From contig MWBW01000002.1 in assembly GCA_002069725.1 (NCBI GenBank), positions 11,225 through 75,224 on the forward strand: a stretch of DNA of 64,000 bases, given 5' to 3'. The DNA comes from Firmicutes bacterium ADurb.Bin248. Its GTDB lineage: Bacteria > Bacillota > Clostridia > Christensenellales > CAG-138. Shown one piece after another: positions 42,216 through 52,441 of the stretch. Each line of letters begins with the position of its first letter. Position 1 is the first letter of the stretch. The notes under the pieces are model-generated. The model was not told the origin of the DNA. It made no database searches and saw nothing but the letters and a program-made list of their open reading frames with translations. The position numbers were made by a program, and so were the translations under genes.

Positions 42216-42256
42216 ACGCCCTTCGCTTCAATGGCGAAGGGCGTTTTTCGTTTTGT
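42216..42256 (+). terminator. Rho-independent terminator
   Basis: ACGCCCTTCGC-ttcaatg-GCGAAGGGCGT followed by TTTTCGTTTTG. Confidence 0.8.
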
Positions 42257-42417
42257 TCATCGTTTCTCCCGCAGTACGGTTTTCGATGCATGAGGGCAAT
42301 GAGGGTGGCGGCAGCCGCCGCCGCCCTGCGGAAGACGGCCCGCCGGAAACAACGGAGAACCGTCCCCTGCGATGCTTCGTATAGCGATTTACGGTTAACC
42401 GGATTACCGTCCTCTCC

Positions 42418-44823
42418 TTAACCCTTGAGGACCTTTCCCAGCCCTTTGAAGAACCTTCCGTTGAGCAATTCCACGATGCCTTCGAGGCGCCCGGGCGTGA
42501 CGGCGCCGCCCGCCATGAGCAGCATGCGAAGCGGCGCTTCCCTGATCATGCCCTCCATCATCAGGCGTTCGTCCTCGTCGTCGCCGGTCATTTCGCCCGC
42601 CTTCCTGACGATCATCTTCGCGAGCGCGCGGCCGAGCGCCTTTTCACGGATGTCGACCAACGTGGAGTTTTGCGTGAAGGCTTCGCCGGGCGCGCGCTCG
42701 CGCGCGGGGGGCCTGCCGCCGTACACGGCCTCGAACGAAGCGTCCGGCACGTTCCCGATGCCGTTTGAAAGGTCGTAGTAGCACGGCGCGCTCGCCCGGA
42801 AGTCCGGCGCGGGGCTTTCCGCGTTCTCCGCCTCGACCCGAACGAAGGCCCTGAGACGCGCGTCCCTGCTCGAGGCGGATACGCGCAGCTCGTATTCGCC
42901 CGCGTCCACGCGCCAGGCGTGTTGGTTCGCATCCCAATAGGCGAAGTCGCGCGAAGCCAGCGCGAACGCCGCCGTGCCGGTTTCCCCGGCCCTGAGAAAG
43001 AGCTTCTCAAAGCCCCTGAGCTCCTGCTCGGCCTTGTAGACGGCCGATTCCGGCGGCGCGACGTAGAGCTGCACGATCTCCGCGCCGTCGCGCGCGCCCG
43101 TGTTCCTCACGTCCGCGCGCACGGTAAAGGAGTTGCCTTCGCCTTTCTCCACGCGAAGATTGGAATACTCGAATTGCGTATACGAGAGGCCGTGGCCGAA
43201 CGGATAGCGCACGCTTTTTTTCGCCGTGTCGTAATAGCGGTAACCGACGTAGATGCTCTCGCGGTATTCGACCGACTTGGTGGAACCCGGAAAATAGCCG
43301 TAAGAAGGATTGTCCTCGAGCTTTTCGCACCAGCTTTCCGCGAGTTTGCCGGAGGGGTTGACGCGCCCGAGCAGGATTTCCGCAAGCGCGCCCGCGCCCG
43401 CCTGCCCGCCGAGGCCGCCCAGCAGTATCGCCTTGGCGCTTGCCTCCCACGAAAGATCCATCACGGAGCCGCCCGAGAGGATCACGGCGAGGTTGGGGTT
43501 CGCCTCGCGCACGCGCTCGATGAGCGCGGCGTGCGACGCGGGCAAGGTCAGCTTCTCGCGATCGAACCCCTCGGATTCGTAGCGGTCGGGAAGCCCCGCG
43601 AACAGGTAAACGATGTCCTTGCCCTTCGCCGCCTCGCACGCCTCTTGGATCAGCGCCTCGTCCGGCGCGTCCGCCGCGAGGCCGTAGCCCGGCGCATAGT
43701 CGAACGCGAGGCCGAGCGCCGCAAGCTCGTCACAGGCGCAGTCGACGCGCGTGGGGTTGATCTTCGAGCTGCCCGCCCCCTGGTAGCGCGGCGTTTTGGC
43801 GAACGCGCCGATCACGGCGGCGGATTGCGCGGGCTTCCCCGGCAAAAGACTGCCCTCGTTCTTGAGCAGCACCGCGCTTTCGGCCTCGGCGCGGCGGGCG
43901 AGCGCGTGATGCGCCTGATTCGTGCCGGAGAGCGGCGCGCGCTCTTTTGCCTTGAGCATCAGCGCGACCAAACGCGCGGCGCACCTGTCCACGTCCGCCT
44001 CGGAGAGCTTTCCTTCCCGCACGGCCTTGACGACGAGCCTGTCGTTCGCGTCGGATACGCCGGGCATCTCGAGGTCGCATCCGGCCGACACCGCCCTGAC
44101 GCGCTCGTTCATCGCGCCCCAGTCGGTCATCACGACGCCCTCGAAGCCCCACTCGTCGCGCAGGATGTCGTTGAGCAGAAGCTTGCTTTCGCAGGCGTAC
44201 TCGCCGTATAGCCTGTTGTAGGAGCACATGACGGTCCAGGGCTTGGCCTGTTTGACCGCGCGCTCGAAGCCCGCGAGGTAAATTTCGCGAAACGCCCGCT
44301 CGTCGCAGACGGATTCGCTCGTCATGCGGCGGCGCTCCTGGTTGTTGAGCGCGAAATGCTTGAGGGACACGCCCACGCCCTCGCCCTGCACGCCCTCGAC
44401 GTAGGCCGCGGCGAGCTCTCCGGTCAGATACGGGTCCTCGCTGACGTACTCGAAGTTCCTGCCGCACAGGGGGCTGCGCTTGATGTTCAGGCCCGGCCCG
44501 AGTATCACGGCGACGTTCTGCTCGCGGCATTCCTCGCCGATGGCGCGCCCGATCTCGCGCATGAGCCCCCGGTCGAAGGAGCACGCGGTCGCGCTCGCCG
44601 TGGGGAAGCACGTCGCGGGCACGCTTTTGTTGAGGCCGAGGTGGTCCGTCTCCTCGGGCTGCTTGCGAAGGCCATGCGGGCCGTCCGCCACCATGACGCC
44701 CTCAAGCCCCAGCCGCTCCACGCCTTTGAGATGCCAGAAGTTGCGCCCCGAGAGAAGCGACGCCTTCTCCTCGAGGGTCATCCGGGAAACGAGTTCCATC
44801 GCCCGTTGATTCGCATGATCCAT
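42418..44823 (-). CDS. GH3 beta-glucosidase (BglX-like)
   Basis: About 801 aa. ..LLSGRNFWHLKG.., GFEGVVMTDWGA (nucleophile region), C-terminal Fn3-like region. ATG 44823 lies 6 nt after GGAGGA. The upstream part of ORF 42418..46293 is antisense to guaB. Confidence 0.9.
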   Translation of the reverse strand: MDHANQRAMELVSRMTLEEKASLLSGRNFWHLKGVERLGLEGVMVADGPHGLRKQPEETDHLGLNKSVPATCFPTASATACSFDRGLMREIGRAIGEECREQNVAVILGPGLNIKRSPLCGRNFEYVSEDPYLTGELAAAYVEGVQGEGVGVSLKHFALNNQERRRMTSESVCDERAFREIYLAGFERAVKQAKPWTVMCSYNRLYGEYACESKLLLNDILRDEWGFEGVVMTDWGAMNERVRAVSAGCDLEMPGVSDANDRLVVKAVREGKLSEADVDRCAARLVALMLKAKERAPLSGTNQAHHALARRAEAESAVLLKNEGSLLPGKPAQSAAVIGAFAKTPRYQGAGSSKINPTRVDCACDELAALGLAFDYAPGYGLAADAPDEALIQEACEAAKGKDIVYLFAGLPDRYESEGFDREKLTLPASHAALIERVREANPNLAVILSGGSVMDLSWEASAKAILLGGLGGQAGAGALAEILLGRVNPSGKLAESWCEKLEDNPSYGYFPGSTKSVEYRESIYVGYRYYDTAKKSVRYPFGHGLSYTQFEYSNLRVEKGEGNSFTVRADVRNTGARDGAEIVQLYVAPPESAVYKAEQELRGFEKLFLRAGETGTAAFALASRDFAYWDANQHAWRVDAGEYELRVSASSRDARLRAFVRVEAENAESPAPDFRASAPCYYDLSNGIGNVPDASFEAVYGGRPPARERAPGEAFTQNSTLVDIREKALGRALAKMIVRKAGEMTGDDEDERLMMEGMIREAPLRMLLMAGGAVTPGRLEGIVELLNGRFFKGLGKVLKG

Positions 44824-44961
44824 GACGCGTCCTCCGAATATGAAAGGTATGTACATATCATATAACGAAAAGGCGCCTTCCGCCATACTTTCGTCTTGCG
44901 CGCGGGGATACTTTTTACTATGATAATGAAAACATCCGAACCTGCGACGAAAGGAATCCCT

Positions 44962-46473
44962 ATGGCCTATTATTTCGAGGAACCCTCGCATACCTTCGCG
45001 GAATACCTGCTCGTGCCCGGCTATTCGGGCGCGGACTGCGCGCCCGCGAACGTGTCGCTCAAAACCCCCGTGTGCAAGTTCCGCCGCGGGGAGGAAAGCC
45101 CGCTTACGATGAACATACCGCTCGTGTCGGCCGTCATGCAGTCCGTCTCGGGCGAAAAGCTCGCCGTCGCGCTCGCCAAGGAGGGCGGCGTGTCGTTCGT
45201 GTTCGTGTCGCAGTCCGTCGAGAGCCAGGCGGATATGGTGCGCCGCGTCAAAAAGTATAAATCCGGCTTCGCCAACAGCGACAGCAACGTGACGCCGAGG
45301 CATACCATGCGCGACGTGATGGAGTTGAAGCAGAGGACGGGGCACTCGACCGTCGCCGTCACCGACGACGGCGGCCCGAACGGCAAGCTCCTGGGCATGG
45401 TCACGAGCCGCGATTACCGCCCGAGCCGCATGGACCCCGAAACGAAGGTCGAAACGTTCATGACGCCCGTCGAGCGGCTCGTGTTCGCGCACGAGGGCGT
45501 CACGCTCAAGGAAGCCAACGACATCATCTGGGAGCACAAGCTCAACGCCCTGCCCATCGTCACCAGGGAGGGCAACATGGCCGCGTTCGTGTTCCGCAAG
45601 GATTACGACACGCACAAGGAGAATCCCCACGAGCTGCTCGACACGAACAAGCGCTACGTCGTGGGCGCGGGCGTCAACACGCGCGATTACGAGGAGCGCG
45701 TGCCCGCTCTCGTCGGCGCGGGCGCGGACGTGCTGTGCGTCGATTCCTCCGAGGGCTTCACAGAATGGCAGCAGAGGACGCTTTCCTTCGTCCGCGGGTG
45801 CTACGGGGATACCGTCAAGATCGGCGCGGGCAACGTGGTGGACCGCGAGGGCTTCCGCTTCCTCGCGAACTGCGGCGCGGATTTCGTCAAGGTCGGCATC
45901 GGCGGCGGCTCCATCTGCATCACGCGCGAAACCAAGGGCATCGGCCGCGGTCAGGCGAGCGCCGTGCAGGAGGTCGCCAAGGCGCGGGACGAGTATTTCA
46001 AAGAAACGGGCGTCTATGTTCCCATCTGCGCGGACGGCGGCATCGTCATGGATTACCACATCACGCTCGCGCTCGCCATGGGCGCGGATTTCTGCATGCT
46101 CGGCAGGTACTTCGCGCGCTTCGACGAGAGCCCCACGAGCAAGGTGCTCATCAACGGCAGCTACATGAAGGAATACTGGGGCGAGGGCAGCGCGCGCGCG
46201 CGCAACTGGCAGCGCTACGACAGCGGCGGGGACGCCAAGCTTTCCTTCGAGGAGGGCGTGGACTCCTACGTGCCCTACGCGGGCAGCTTGCACAACAACG
46301 TCGAGACGACGCTCGCCAAGGTGCGCTCCACCATGTGCAACTGCGGCGCGCTCACGATACCCGAGCTGCGCGAGAAGGCGCGGCTCACGCTCGTCTCACC
46401 CGCGAGCATCGCCGAGGGCGGCGCGCACGACGTGCTCCTGAAGGACAGCCGTTTGTTCGACGGGAAAAATTGA
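44962..46473 (+). CDS. guaB: IMP dehydrogenase (variant with [12 protein letters not shown] active-site loop)
   Basis: 503 aa. TIM barrel with an inserted CBS pair. Catalytic Cys loop [20 protein letters not shown]. Confidence 0.88.
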   Translation: MAYYFEEPSHTFAEYLLVPGYSGADCAPANVSLKTPVCKFRRGEESPLTMNIPLVSAVMQSVSGEKLAVALAKEGGVSFVFVSQSVESQADMVRRVKKYKSGFANSDSNVTPRHTMRDVMELKQRTGHSTVAVTDDGGPNGKLLGMVTSRDYRPSRMDPETKVETFMTPVERLVFAHEGVTLKEANDIIWEHKLNALPIVTREGNMAAFVFRKDYDTHKENPHELLDTNKRYVVGAGVNTRDYEERVPALVGAGADVLCVDSSEGFTEWQQRTLSFVRGCYGDTVKIGAGNVVDREGFRFLANCGADFVKVGIGGGSICITRETKGIGRGQASAVQEVAKARDEYFKETGVYVPICADGGIVMDYHITLALAMGADFCMLGRYFARFDESPTSKVLINGSYMKEYWGEGSARARNWQRYDSGGDAKLSFEEGVDSYVPYAGSLHNNVETTLAKVRSTMCNCGALTIPELREKARLTLVSPASIAEGGAHDVLLKDSRLFDGKN

Positions 46474-46514
46474 CAGTTGAATTTGGATCAATCGCCTTTC
46501 GCTTCAGCGGCGGA
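46467..46514 (+). repeat. CAATTGACA-family motif containing the guaB stop, followed by a GC hairpin
   Basis: AAA AAT TGA CAG TTG AATTTGG. AATTGACAGTTG is identical to the minus-strand sequence at 11247-11258. Then CGCCTTTCGC-ttca-GCGGAGGGCG (the stem needs two G-U pairs). Confidence 0.8.
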
Positions 46515-46607
46515 GGGCGTTCTCGCCTTTGCTCGCAGCCGACCTAAAAATTCTTTTTACCACCAAAAAAATTTTCATAAAAACGATCGATTATCGACGC
46601 TCTCCCG

Positions 46608-46669
46608 TTGACACGGAATAGGCCGGTCGATATACTAATAGCGCATGTGCATATTCGGTTACATATGCA
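46608..46669 (+). promoter_or_regulatory. Candidate arcC promoter with a downstream inverted repeat
   Basis: TTGACA (46608-46613), 17-nt spacer, TATACT (46631-46636). TGCATAT-N8-ATATGCA at 46648-46669. Confidence 0.5.
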
Positions 46670-46706
46670 GGGAAAGCTTCATAAAGGCTTAAAAAGGAGA
46701 CAGCAA

Positions 46707-47648
46707 ATGAGTAAGATCGTCATCGCGCTCGGGGGCAACGCCCTGCAGGAGGCGGGCAAGCCCGCAACGGCCCAGGCGCAGCTCGCGGTCGTCGAAAGCA
46801 CCAGCGAGCACATCGCCGACATCATCGAAAAAGGTTACGAAGTATGCATCGCGCACGGCAACGGCCCGCAGGTCGGCCGCATCGTTCTGCAGAACGAGGG
46901 GTCGGACAGCGAGGCCACGCCCGCCATGCCCTTCGACGTATGCGGCGCCATGAGCCAGGGCATGATCGGCTACCACATCCAGCAGGGGCTTTCGAAGGTC
47001 CTCCGCCGGCGCGGGATCGAAAAGGAGGTCGTCACCGTCGTCACGCAGGTCGTCGTCGATGCGGAGGACCCCAAGTTCAAGAATCCCTCGAAGCCCATCG
47101 GCCCCTTCTACAGCGAGGAGCAGGCAAAGCGCATCGCCCGGGAGAAGGGCTACGTCATGAAGGAGGACGCGGGCCGCGGCTGGCGGCGCGTCGTCGCCTC
47201 GCCCATGCCCGTGGAGATCGTGGAGCTCAACGCGGTCAAGGCGCTGAGCGCCGCGGGCTTCATCGTGGTGACCGTCGGCGGCGGCGGCATACCGGTCGTG
47301 AAGGATGAAAACGGAAACCTCGCCGGCACTGCGGCCGTCATCGACAAGGACCTCGCGAGCGAGCGCCTCGCCGAGGATACGGACGCGGACGCCCTGGTGA
47401 TACTCACGGCGGTCGAAAAGGTCAGCGTCAACTATAAGAAGCCCGACCAGAAGGATCTCGACATTCTCAGCGTTGCGGACGCGAAGCGCTATATCGGGGA
47501 AGGCCACTTCGCGCCGGGCTCCATGCTCCCCAAGATCGAGGCCGCGCTCATGTTCGTTGAGAGCAAGCCCGGCAGGCGGGCCATCATCACCTCGCTCGAC
47601 AAGGCGGTGGACGCGCTCGAGGGCCGCGCGGGCACGACGCTTCAATAA
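46707..47648 (+). CDS. arcC: Carbamate kinase
   Basis: MSKIVIALGGNAL.., IAHGNGPQVG, 313 aa. AAGGAGA SD. Confidence 0.9.
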   Translation: MSKIVIALGGNALQEAGKPATAQAQLAVVESTSEHIADIIEKGYEVCIAHGNGPQVGRIVLQNEGSDSEATPAMPFDVCGAMSQGMIGYHIQQGLSKVLRRRGIEKEVVTVVTQVVVDAEDPKFKNPSKPIGPFYSEEQAKRIAREKGYVMKEDAGRGWRRVVASPMPVEIVELNAVKALSAAGFIVVTVGGGGIPVVKDENGNLAGTAAVIDKDLASERLAEDTDADALVILTAVEKVSVNYKKPDQKDLDILSVADAKRYIGEGHFAPGSMLPKIEAALMFVESKPGRRAIITSLDKAVDALEGRAGTTLQ

Positions 47649-47667
47649 AAAATATATCCGGTGTTCA

Positions 47668-47702
47668 GGGGGCTTCGGCCCCTTGACAATTGCCGGATTT
47701 TT
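47668..47702 (+). terminator. Hairpin, TTGACAATTGCC motif and T-run after arcC
   Basis: GGGGC-ttcg-GCCCC (47669-47682), TTGACAATTGCC (47683-47694), then GGATTTTTTG. Confidence 0.55.
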
Positions 47703-47746
47703 TGTCAGTCTAAATAAGATCGACAGCCGTATAAGGGAGGCCGGAT

Positions 47747-49093
47747 ATGAGCGATTATCGCAACAGCGCGGGCGTGAAGGTGCCCGAAGTGCTCCTGCCC
47801 CGCGCGGGCACGGATATGACCAGATGGGCGGTCGTGGCGTGCGACCAGTTCACCTCGCAGCCCGATTATTGGGAAGAGACGGAGCGCATCGCGGGGGACG
47901 CCCCCTCGACGCTCCGGCTGATGCTGCCCGAAATGTATTTGGACAAGCCCGGCGAAGCCGAGCGGATCGTGGCCATCAACGCCACGATGAAAAAGTATCT
48001 CGACACGGGCGTGCTCGAGAACCGGGGGGAGGGCTTCGTGTTCGTGCGCCGCACGGTCGCGGGAAGGAGCCGTCTTGGCCTCGTGCTCGCGCTCGACCTC
48101 GAGCGCTACGATTTTTCAAAGGACTCCGCCTCGCTCATCCGCGCGAGCGAGGGCACCATCGTGGAGCGCATACCGCCGCGCCTTCGCATCAGGAAGGACG
48201 CGCCGCTCGAATTGCCGCACATACTCGTGCTGATCGACGATCCCGGCCGCACGGTCATAGAGCCCGTCGCGGAATCCGTGTGCCCCGGCTGCAAGGCGTA
48301 TGACTTCGAGCTCATGCAGGGCGGCGGCCATGTCGAGGGCTGGTTCATCGGGGACGAGGCGCGCATCGGCGCCGTGCTGCGCGCGCTCGAAAAGCTCGCG
48401 GAGCCCGTCGCATTCAAAGAAAAGTACGGCTGCGACCAGCCTCCGCTGCTCTTTGCGATGGGGGACGGCAACCATTCCCTCGCGACCGCCAAAACCAACT
48501 GGGAGAACCTCAAGGCGAACCTTTCCGACGCGGAACGGGAGGATCATCCCGCGCGCTTCGCGCTCGTTGAAATCGAGAACGTGCACGACGCGGGCATCGT
48601 ATTCGAGCCCATCCACCGCGTGCTCTTCAACCTCGACGCGGGCGCCGCAGTATCGTGGCTGCAAAAAAAGCTCGCCCTGGACAACGGGGGCTGCGAGGTC
48701 GCCCAGTTCGCCTCGCGGGAGGAGTGCGAGAAAAACCTCGCCAAGGCCGCGGGCTCCGGCGCGCACATGCTGCCCTTCGTGACGGCCGACGCGTACGGCT
48801 ATTTCAGGGTCGAACAGCCCGCCGCGCAGCTCGAGGTCGGCACGCTGCAGAACGCGCTCGACGCGATGCTATGCGAGATGAAGGGCGCGGCCATAGACTA
48901 CATACACGGCGCGGACGTCGTGAACGAGCTCGGGCGCAAGCCGGGAAGCATGGGCTTCCTGCTGCCGCCGATGGAAAAGAGCGCGTTCTTCCGCACGGTC
49001 ATCTTCGACGGCGCGCTGCCGCGAAAGACATTCTCCATGGGCGAAGCCAACGAAAAGCGGTACTATCTCGAGTGCCGTAAAATCCAAAAGTAA
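47747..49093 (+). CDS. DUF1015 family protein
   Basis: 448 aa. ..WAVVACDQFTSQPDYWE.. near the N-terminus is typical of DUF1015. GGGAGG SD. Confidence 0.8.
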   Translation: MSDYRNSAGVKVPEVLLPRAGTDMTRWAVVACDQFTSQPDYWEETERIAGDAPSTLRLMLPEMYLDKPGEAERIVAINATMKKYLDTGVLENRGEGFVFVRRTVAGRSRLGLVLALDLERYDFSKDSASLIRASEGTIVERIPPRLRIRKDAPLELPHILVLIDDPGRTVIEPVAESVCPGCKAYDFELMQGGGHVEGWFIGDEARIGAVLRALEKLAEPVAFKEKYGCDQPPLLFAMGDGNHSLATAKTNWENLKANLSDAEREDHPARFALVEIENVHDAGIVFEPIHRVLFNLDAGAAVSWLQKKLALDNGGCEVAQFASREECEKNLAKAAGSGAHMLPFVTADAYGYFRVEQPAAQLEVGTLQNALDAMLCEMKGAAIDYIHGADVVNELGRKPGSMGFLLPPMEKSAFFRTVIFDGALPRKTFSMGEANEKRYYLECRKIQK

Positions 49094-49194
49094 AGCCGGT
49101 TGCGGGGCGGACGGCGTCCGCCCCGATGAATTTTATTCAGGGAGGGGCGCGCGCGGGCCTTCTGCTTTCGCGCGCGGCGGGTATTTCAGGCGAC

Positions 49195-50133
49195 ATGACG
49201 GGGATATGGAACTCCATTTCTGCGGTGCTGCTGGTGCTCCTGATGGTGGGCGTCGGGTATCTGTTCGGCTTGTTCGGCTGGATGAAGGCCGAGCATAAGC
49301 CGCTCGTGATCAGGTTTCTCATCTACATGGCCGTGCCATGCATGTGCGTCAAGAACGTGTTCGAATATTTCACGCGGCAGATGCTCGCCCAGGCGGGCGT
49401 ACTGCTGCTGGTTCCCATACTCTTCAACCTCGTGACCTTCGCCGCGGCGCTGGGCATCGGCAGGCTCGCCCGCATCCCCAGGAAGCGCTTCGGCGGCTTC
49501 GCGGTGATGTGCGCCTTCTCCAACTCGCTCTTCGTCGGCTTCCCCATCACGCACGAGCTGTTCGGGGACGCGGGCATACCGTACCTGATGTTCTACTACA
49601 TCGTCAACACGGCGGCGTTCTGGACGCTCGGGAGCCTGATCATCTACCGCTGCGGGGACGCGGGGAAGGCGTTTTCCCTCAAGGCCTCGCTTAAGCAGCT
49701 TGTGTCCCCGCCGCTGGTCGCGCTCCTGGGCGCGATCGCGCTGCTGCTCGCCGGCGTGACGCTCCCGCACCTCGTTTTGACCTTCACCTCGTACATGAGC
49801 GCCACGGTGACGCCGCTCGCGCTCTTGTACATCGGCTTTTTGATCTATGAAACCGGCCTTCGCAACCTCAAGCCCGACCGCGGCATCTGGATTGCGAGCG
49901 CCGTGCGCTTTATCGGCGCGCCGGCGCTGATGCTTTTGATGTGCCGCATTTTCGGCATCACGGGCCTTGCGCGCAGCGTATTCTTCATAGAGGCCGCGAT
50001 GCCCGTGATGATACAATCCGTGGTCGTGTCCGGCCTGGCCGGGGCGGATGAAAAATACAACGCGCTGGGCATGAGCTTCACGACGCTGCTCTGCCTCGTG
50101 GCGATACCGGTGCTGATGCTGATACTCGGCTGA
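49195..50133 (+). CDS. AEC (auxin efflux carrier) family transporter
   Basis: About 10 TM helices with a two-repeat architecture typical of AEC permeases. Start uncertain (ATG 49195 chosen; the ORF-track ATG 49126 sits inside a hairpin and has no SD). Confidence 0.75.
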   Translation: MTGIWNSISAVLLVLLMVGVGYLFGLFGWMKAEHKPLVIRFLIYMAVPCMCVKNVFEYFTRQMLAQAGVLLLVPILFNLVTFAAALGIGRLARIPRKRFGGFAVMCAFSNSLFVGFPITHELFGDAGIPYLMFYYIVNTAAFWTLGSLIIYRCGDAGKAFSLKASLKQLVSPPLVALLGAIALLLAGVTLPHLVLTFTSYMSATVTPLALLYIGFLIYETGLRNLKPDRGIWIASAVRFIGAPALMLLMCRIFGITGLARSVFFIEAAMPVMIQSVVVSGLAGADEKYNALGMSFTTLLCLVAIPVLMLILG

Positions 50134-50148
50134 AGGGAGGATGGGAGC

Positions 50149-51375
50149 ATGCGCAAACGCGCGAGCACGAAAAAGCACAATCCGTTCCTGTACGCGCTCG
50201 TCTGCGCGCTGCTGCGGCCCTATCTCAGGCTGATGTACAACTTCTCCCCGCCGCGGCAAATCCCCGCGCTGCCGGCGGGGCCGATACTGCTGCTGGGCTC
50301 GCACTCCTCCAACCTCGATTTTCTCTTCGCGCTGCCCCTTCTTCGAAAAAAGCGCTTCAACGCCGTCGTCACGAGCTATTATTTCAACAACGAGCGCCTC
50401 GCCAAACTCCTCCGCTTTTTCCACTGCATCGCCAAGGAGCAGTTCCGCGCGGACGTTTCGGCCATACGCGATATACGCGCCTGCGTCAAAAACGGCGCGA
50501 GCGTGCTGATCTATCCCGAGGGGGAGGTCAACGGCACGGGCCGGTGCGAGAAACCGGACCGCAGCATCGTCAAGCTCTGCCGCATGCTCGACGTGCCGGT
50601 TTACGCCGTGCGCACGCACGGCAGCTACTTTACGCGGCCCAAGTGGGGCCCCGTCGTGCGGCGCGGCAAGGTGACGGCGGAGGCCGCCGAAATCGCGGAC
50701 GCGCAGACGCTCCGCGCCTTAAGCGACGCGGAGCTGTACGGCCGTATCTGCGAAGCGCTCGAGAGCAACGACTACGCCTGGCAGGAAACGGCCATGGTCC
50801 CCTTCCCGCACAGGCGCTGCGCCGAAGGCTTGCACAACATGCTCTATCTCTGCCCGCGCTGCGGCCGGGAGTTCACCATGGATACGCTTGAGGACGAGAT
50901 CTTCTGCGGGACTTGCGGCAACCGCGGCTTCATGGATAAATACGGCTTCCTGCACCCCGCGGGCGGGGACGACGTCATCCCCCGCACCGCGCCGGAATGG
51001 ATCGATTTGCAGCGCGGCCGCATCCGGCAGGAGCTCGCCGAGGCGGGGGAGGACTTTGCGCTTCGCGAGAAGGCGTATTTGCAGTTCCACAACAGGCGCA
51101 ATTCCGTGCTGCTCGAGGATGTCGGCGAGGGCGTCGTGACGCTCGGGCGGAACGCGCTCACCTACGAGGGGACCTGCAACGGCGAGCATGTGACGCTCGT
51201 CTACCCGCTCTCGACCTTCTCCAAACTGCCCTTCACCATGGGCAGCCAGTTCGACGTGCCCAACCCCGTACGCTACACGAGCATACGTCCGAGGAACCCG
51301 CGCGCCGTGGAGAAATTCGTGCTCGCCGTGCCGGTCATCAAGGAAAGAGCGAACAAGGGGATTCCCGTTCGATAA
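50149..51375 (+). CDS. Lysophospholipid (PlsC-like) acyltransferase family protein with a C-terminal extension
   Basis: HX4D motif GSHSSNLD and IYPEGE motif. CxxC..CxxC (CPRCG..CGTCG) in the extension. Confidence 0.7.
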   Translation: MRKRASTKKHNPFLYALVCALLRPYLRLMYNFSPPRQIPALPAGPILLLGSHSSNLDFLFALPLLRKKRFNAVVTSYYFNNERLAKLLRFFHCIAKEQFRADVSAIRDIRACVKNGASVLIYPEGEVNGTGRCEKPDRSIVKLCRMLDVPVYAVRTHGSYFTRPKWGPVVRRGKVTAEAAEIADAQTLRALSDAELYGRICEALESNDYAWQETAMVPFPHRRCAEGLHNMLYLCPRCGREFTMDTLEDEIFCGTCGNRGFMDKYGFLHPAGGDDVIPRTAPEWIDLQRGRIRQELAEAGEDFALREKAYLQFHNRRNSVLLEDVGEGVVTLGRNALTYEGTCNGEHVTLVYPLSTFSKLPFTMGSQFDVPNPVRYTSIRPRNPRAVEKFVLAVPVIKERANKGIPVR

Positions 51376-51380
51376 GCCAA

Positions 51381-51430
51381 GGGCGGCCGTCGTCGGCCGC
51401 CCGCGCTATTTCAGTTCGTTTTCGTTGTTT
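51381..51430 (+). terminator. Rho-independent terminator
   Basis: GGGCGGCCG-tcgt-CGGCCGCCC followed by a T-rich tract (TTTCAGTTCGTTTTCGTTGTTTT). Confidence 0.6.
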
Positions 51431-51434
51431 TATA

Positions 51435-52403
51435 TTACCGCGCGAACGCCGCGTAAAGCGTCCGCGCAGCGGCGGCGGCCTCCGCCCCGGGCAGCATCAC
51501 GCTCACGGCGTCTCCCTCGGCGCCGACCGGCGCGCCGGGGAACAGCTCCGCGACCCTGCCCGCGACGCGCGCGGCGTCCCGGTAGACCATGCTCACGGCG
51601 TCGGATTCGCCCCGGCGCTTCATCGCGATGCCCACGAAACCTTCGGGCTTGTTCCCAAGGGCCGATATCTTCGTGCCTTGCGTCGATTCGAACGTGGAGC
51701 GCACCCACACGGGCATCGAGAAGCGCTTGCCCGCCTCGATGGCGCGCGGATGCACGACGCCCGCGCCGAGCCGCGCGAGCAGGAGCATGTCGTCGCAGTC
51801 GATTTCCCCGAGGAAGCGCGCCTCGGGCACGACGCGCGGGTCGCACTCCGCCACGCCGGGCACGTCCGTGTAGATGACCGTTTCGTCCGCCCCGAGATAG
51901 CCCGCGACGCATACGGCGGAGGTGTCGCTGCCGCCGCGCCCGAGCGTCGTGACCGCGCCCGTCTCCGATATGCCCTGGAAACCCGTGATCACGGCAACAT
52001 TGCCCGCCGCGAGCGCCTGGAGCACGCGCCTCGTATCCATGCCCGTGACCTCGGCCGCAAGGTGTATCCCGTCGGTCTGAATGCCCGCGGTCGCGCCCGT
52101 GAACGGCACGGCGGGGACGCCCTCTTTACACAGCGCGTCCGCGAACACGCACGCGGAGATCGTCTCCCCGCAGCTCATGATCAGGTCGCGCGTTTCGGGA
52201 AGCGTGTCTTCCCCCCGCACGAGCGAGAGCAGCGTGTCCGTGGCGTAGGGCGCGCCCATGCGCCCCATGGCGCTCACGATCACGGCGAGGGAATAGCCCG
52301 CCCGCCGGTATTCGCTGATGCGCGCGATGGCGCAGGTCCGCGCGCGCTCGTCCGCGACGGAGGTGCCGCCGAATTTTACGACGGCGATTTTGTTTGCGTC
52401 CAT
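51435..52403 (-). CDS. Aspartate kinase (short form)
   Basis: IAVVKFGGTSV.., amino-acid kinase fold. 322 aa, so the regulatory ACT region is reduced. GGAG SD. Confidence 0.75.
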   Translation of the reverse strand: MDANKIAVVKFGGTSVADERARTCAIARISEYRRAGYSLAVIVSAMGRMGAPYATDTLLSLVRGEDTLPETRDLIMSCGETISACVFADALCKEGVPAVPFTGATAGIQTDGIHLAAEVTGMDTRRVLQALAAGNVAVITGFQGISETGAVTTLGRGGSDTSAVCVAGYLGADETVIYTDVPGVAECDPRVVPEARFLGEIDCDDMLLLARLGAGVVHPRAIEAGKRFSMPVWVRSTFESTQGTKISALGNKPEGFVGIAMKRRGESDAVSMVYRDAARVAGRVAELFPGAPVGAEGDAVSVMLPGAEAAAAARTLYAAFAR

Positions 52404-52441
52404 AATCCAAACTCCATTCTAAAAGCTTTATTCGGCGTTGT

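Noticed and set aside
44824-44961. Purine or guanine riboswitch upstream of guaB.
   Set aside because: The conserved purine-aptamer loops and junction are not present. Only promoter-like TATGAT and an SD are visible.
44824-46293. N-terminal 490 codons of the 1291-aa minus-strand ORF that ends as the GH3 enzyme.
   Set aside because: This part is antisense to guaB. GH3 homology and a GGAGGA SD begin at ATG 44823.
49104-49124. Hairpin GGGGCGGAC-ggc-GTCCGCCCC after the DUF1015 gene, as a terminator.
   Set aside because: It is a stable stem, but no U-tract follows, and the next co-oriented gene starts within about 70 nt. The evidence is insufficient to call termination rather than an intra-operon structure.
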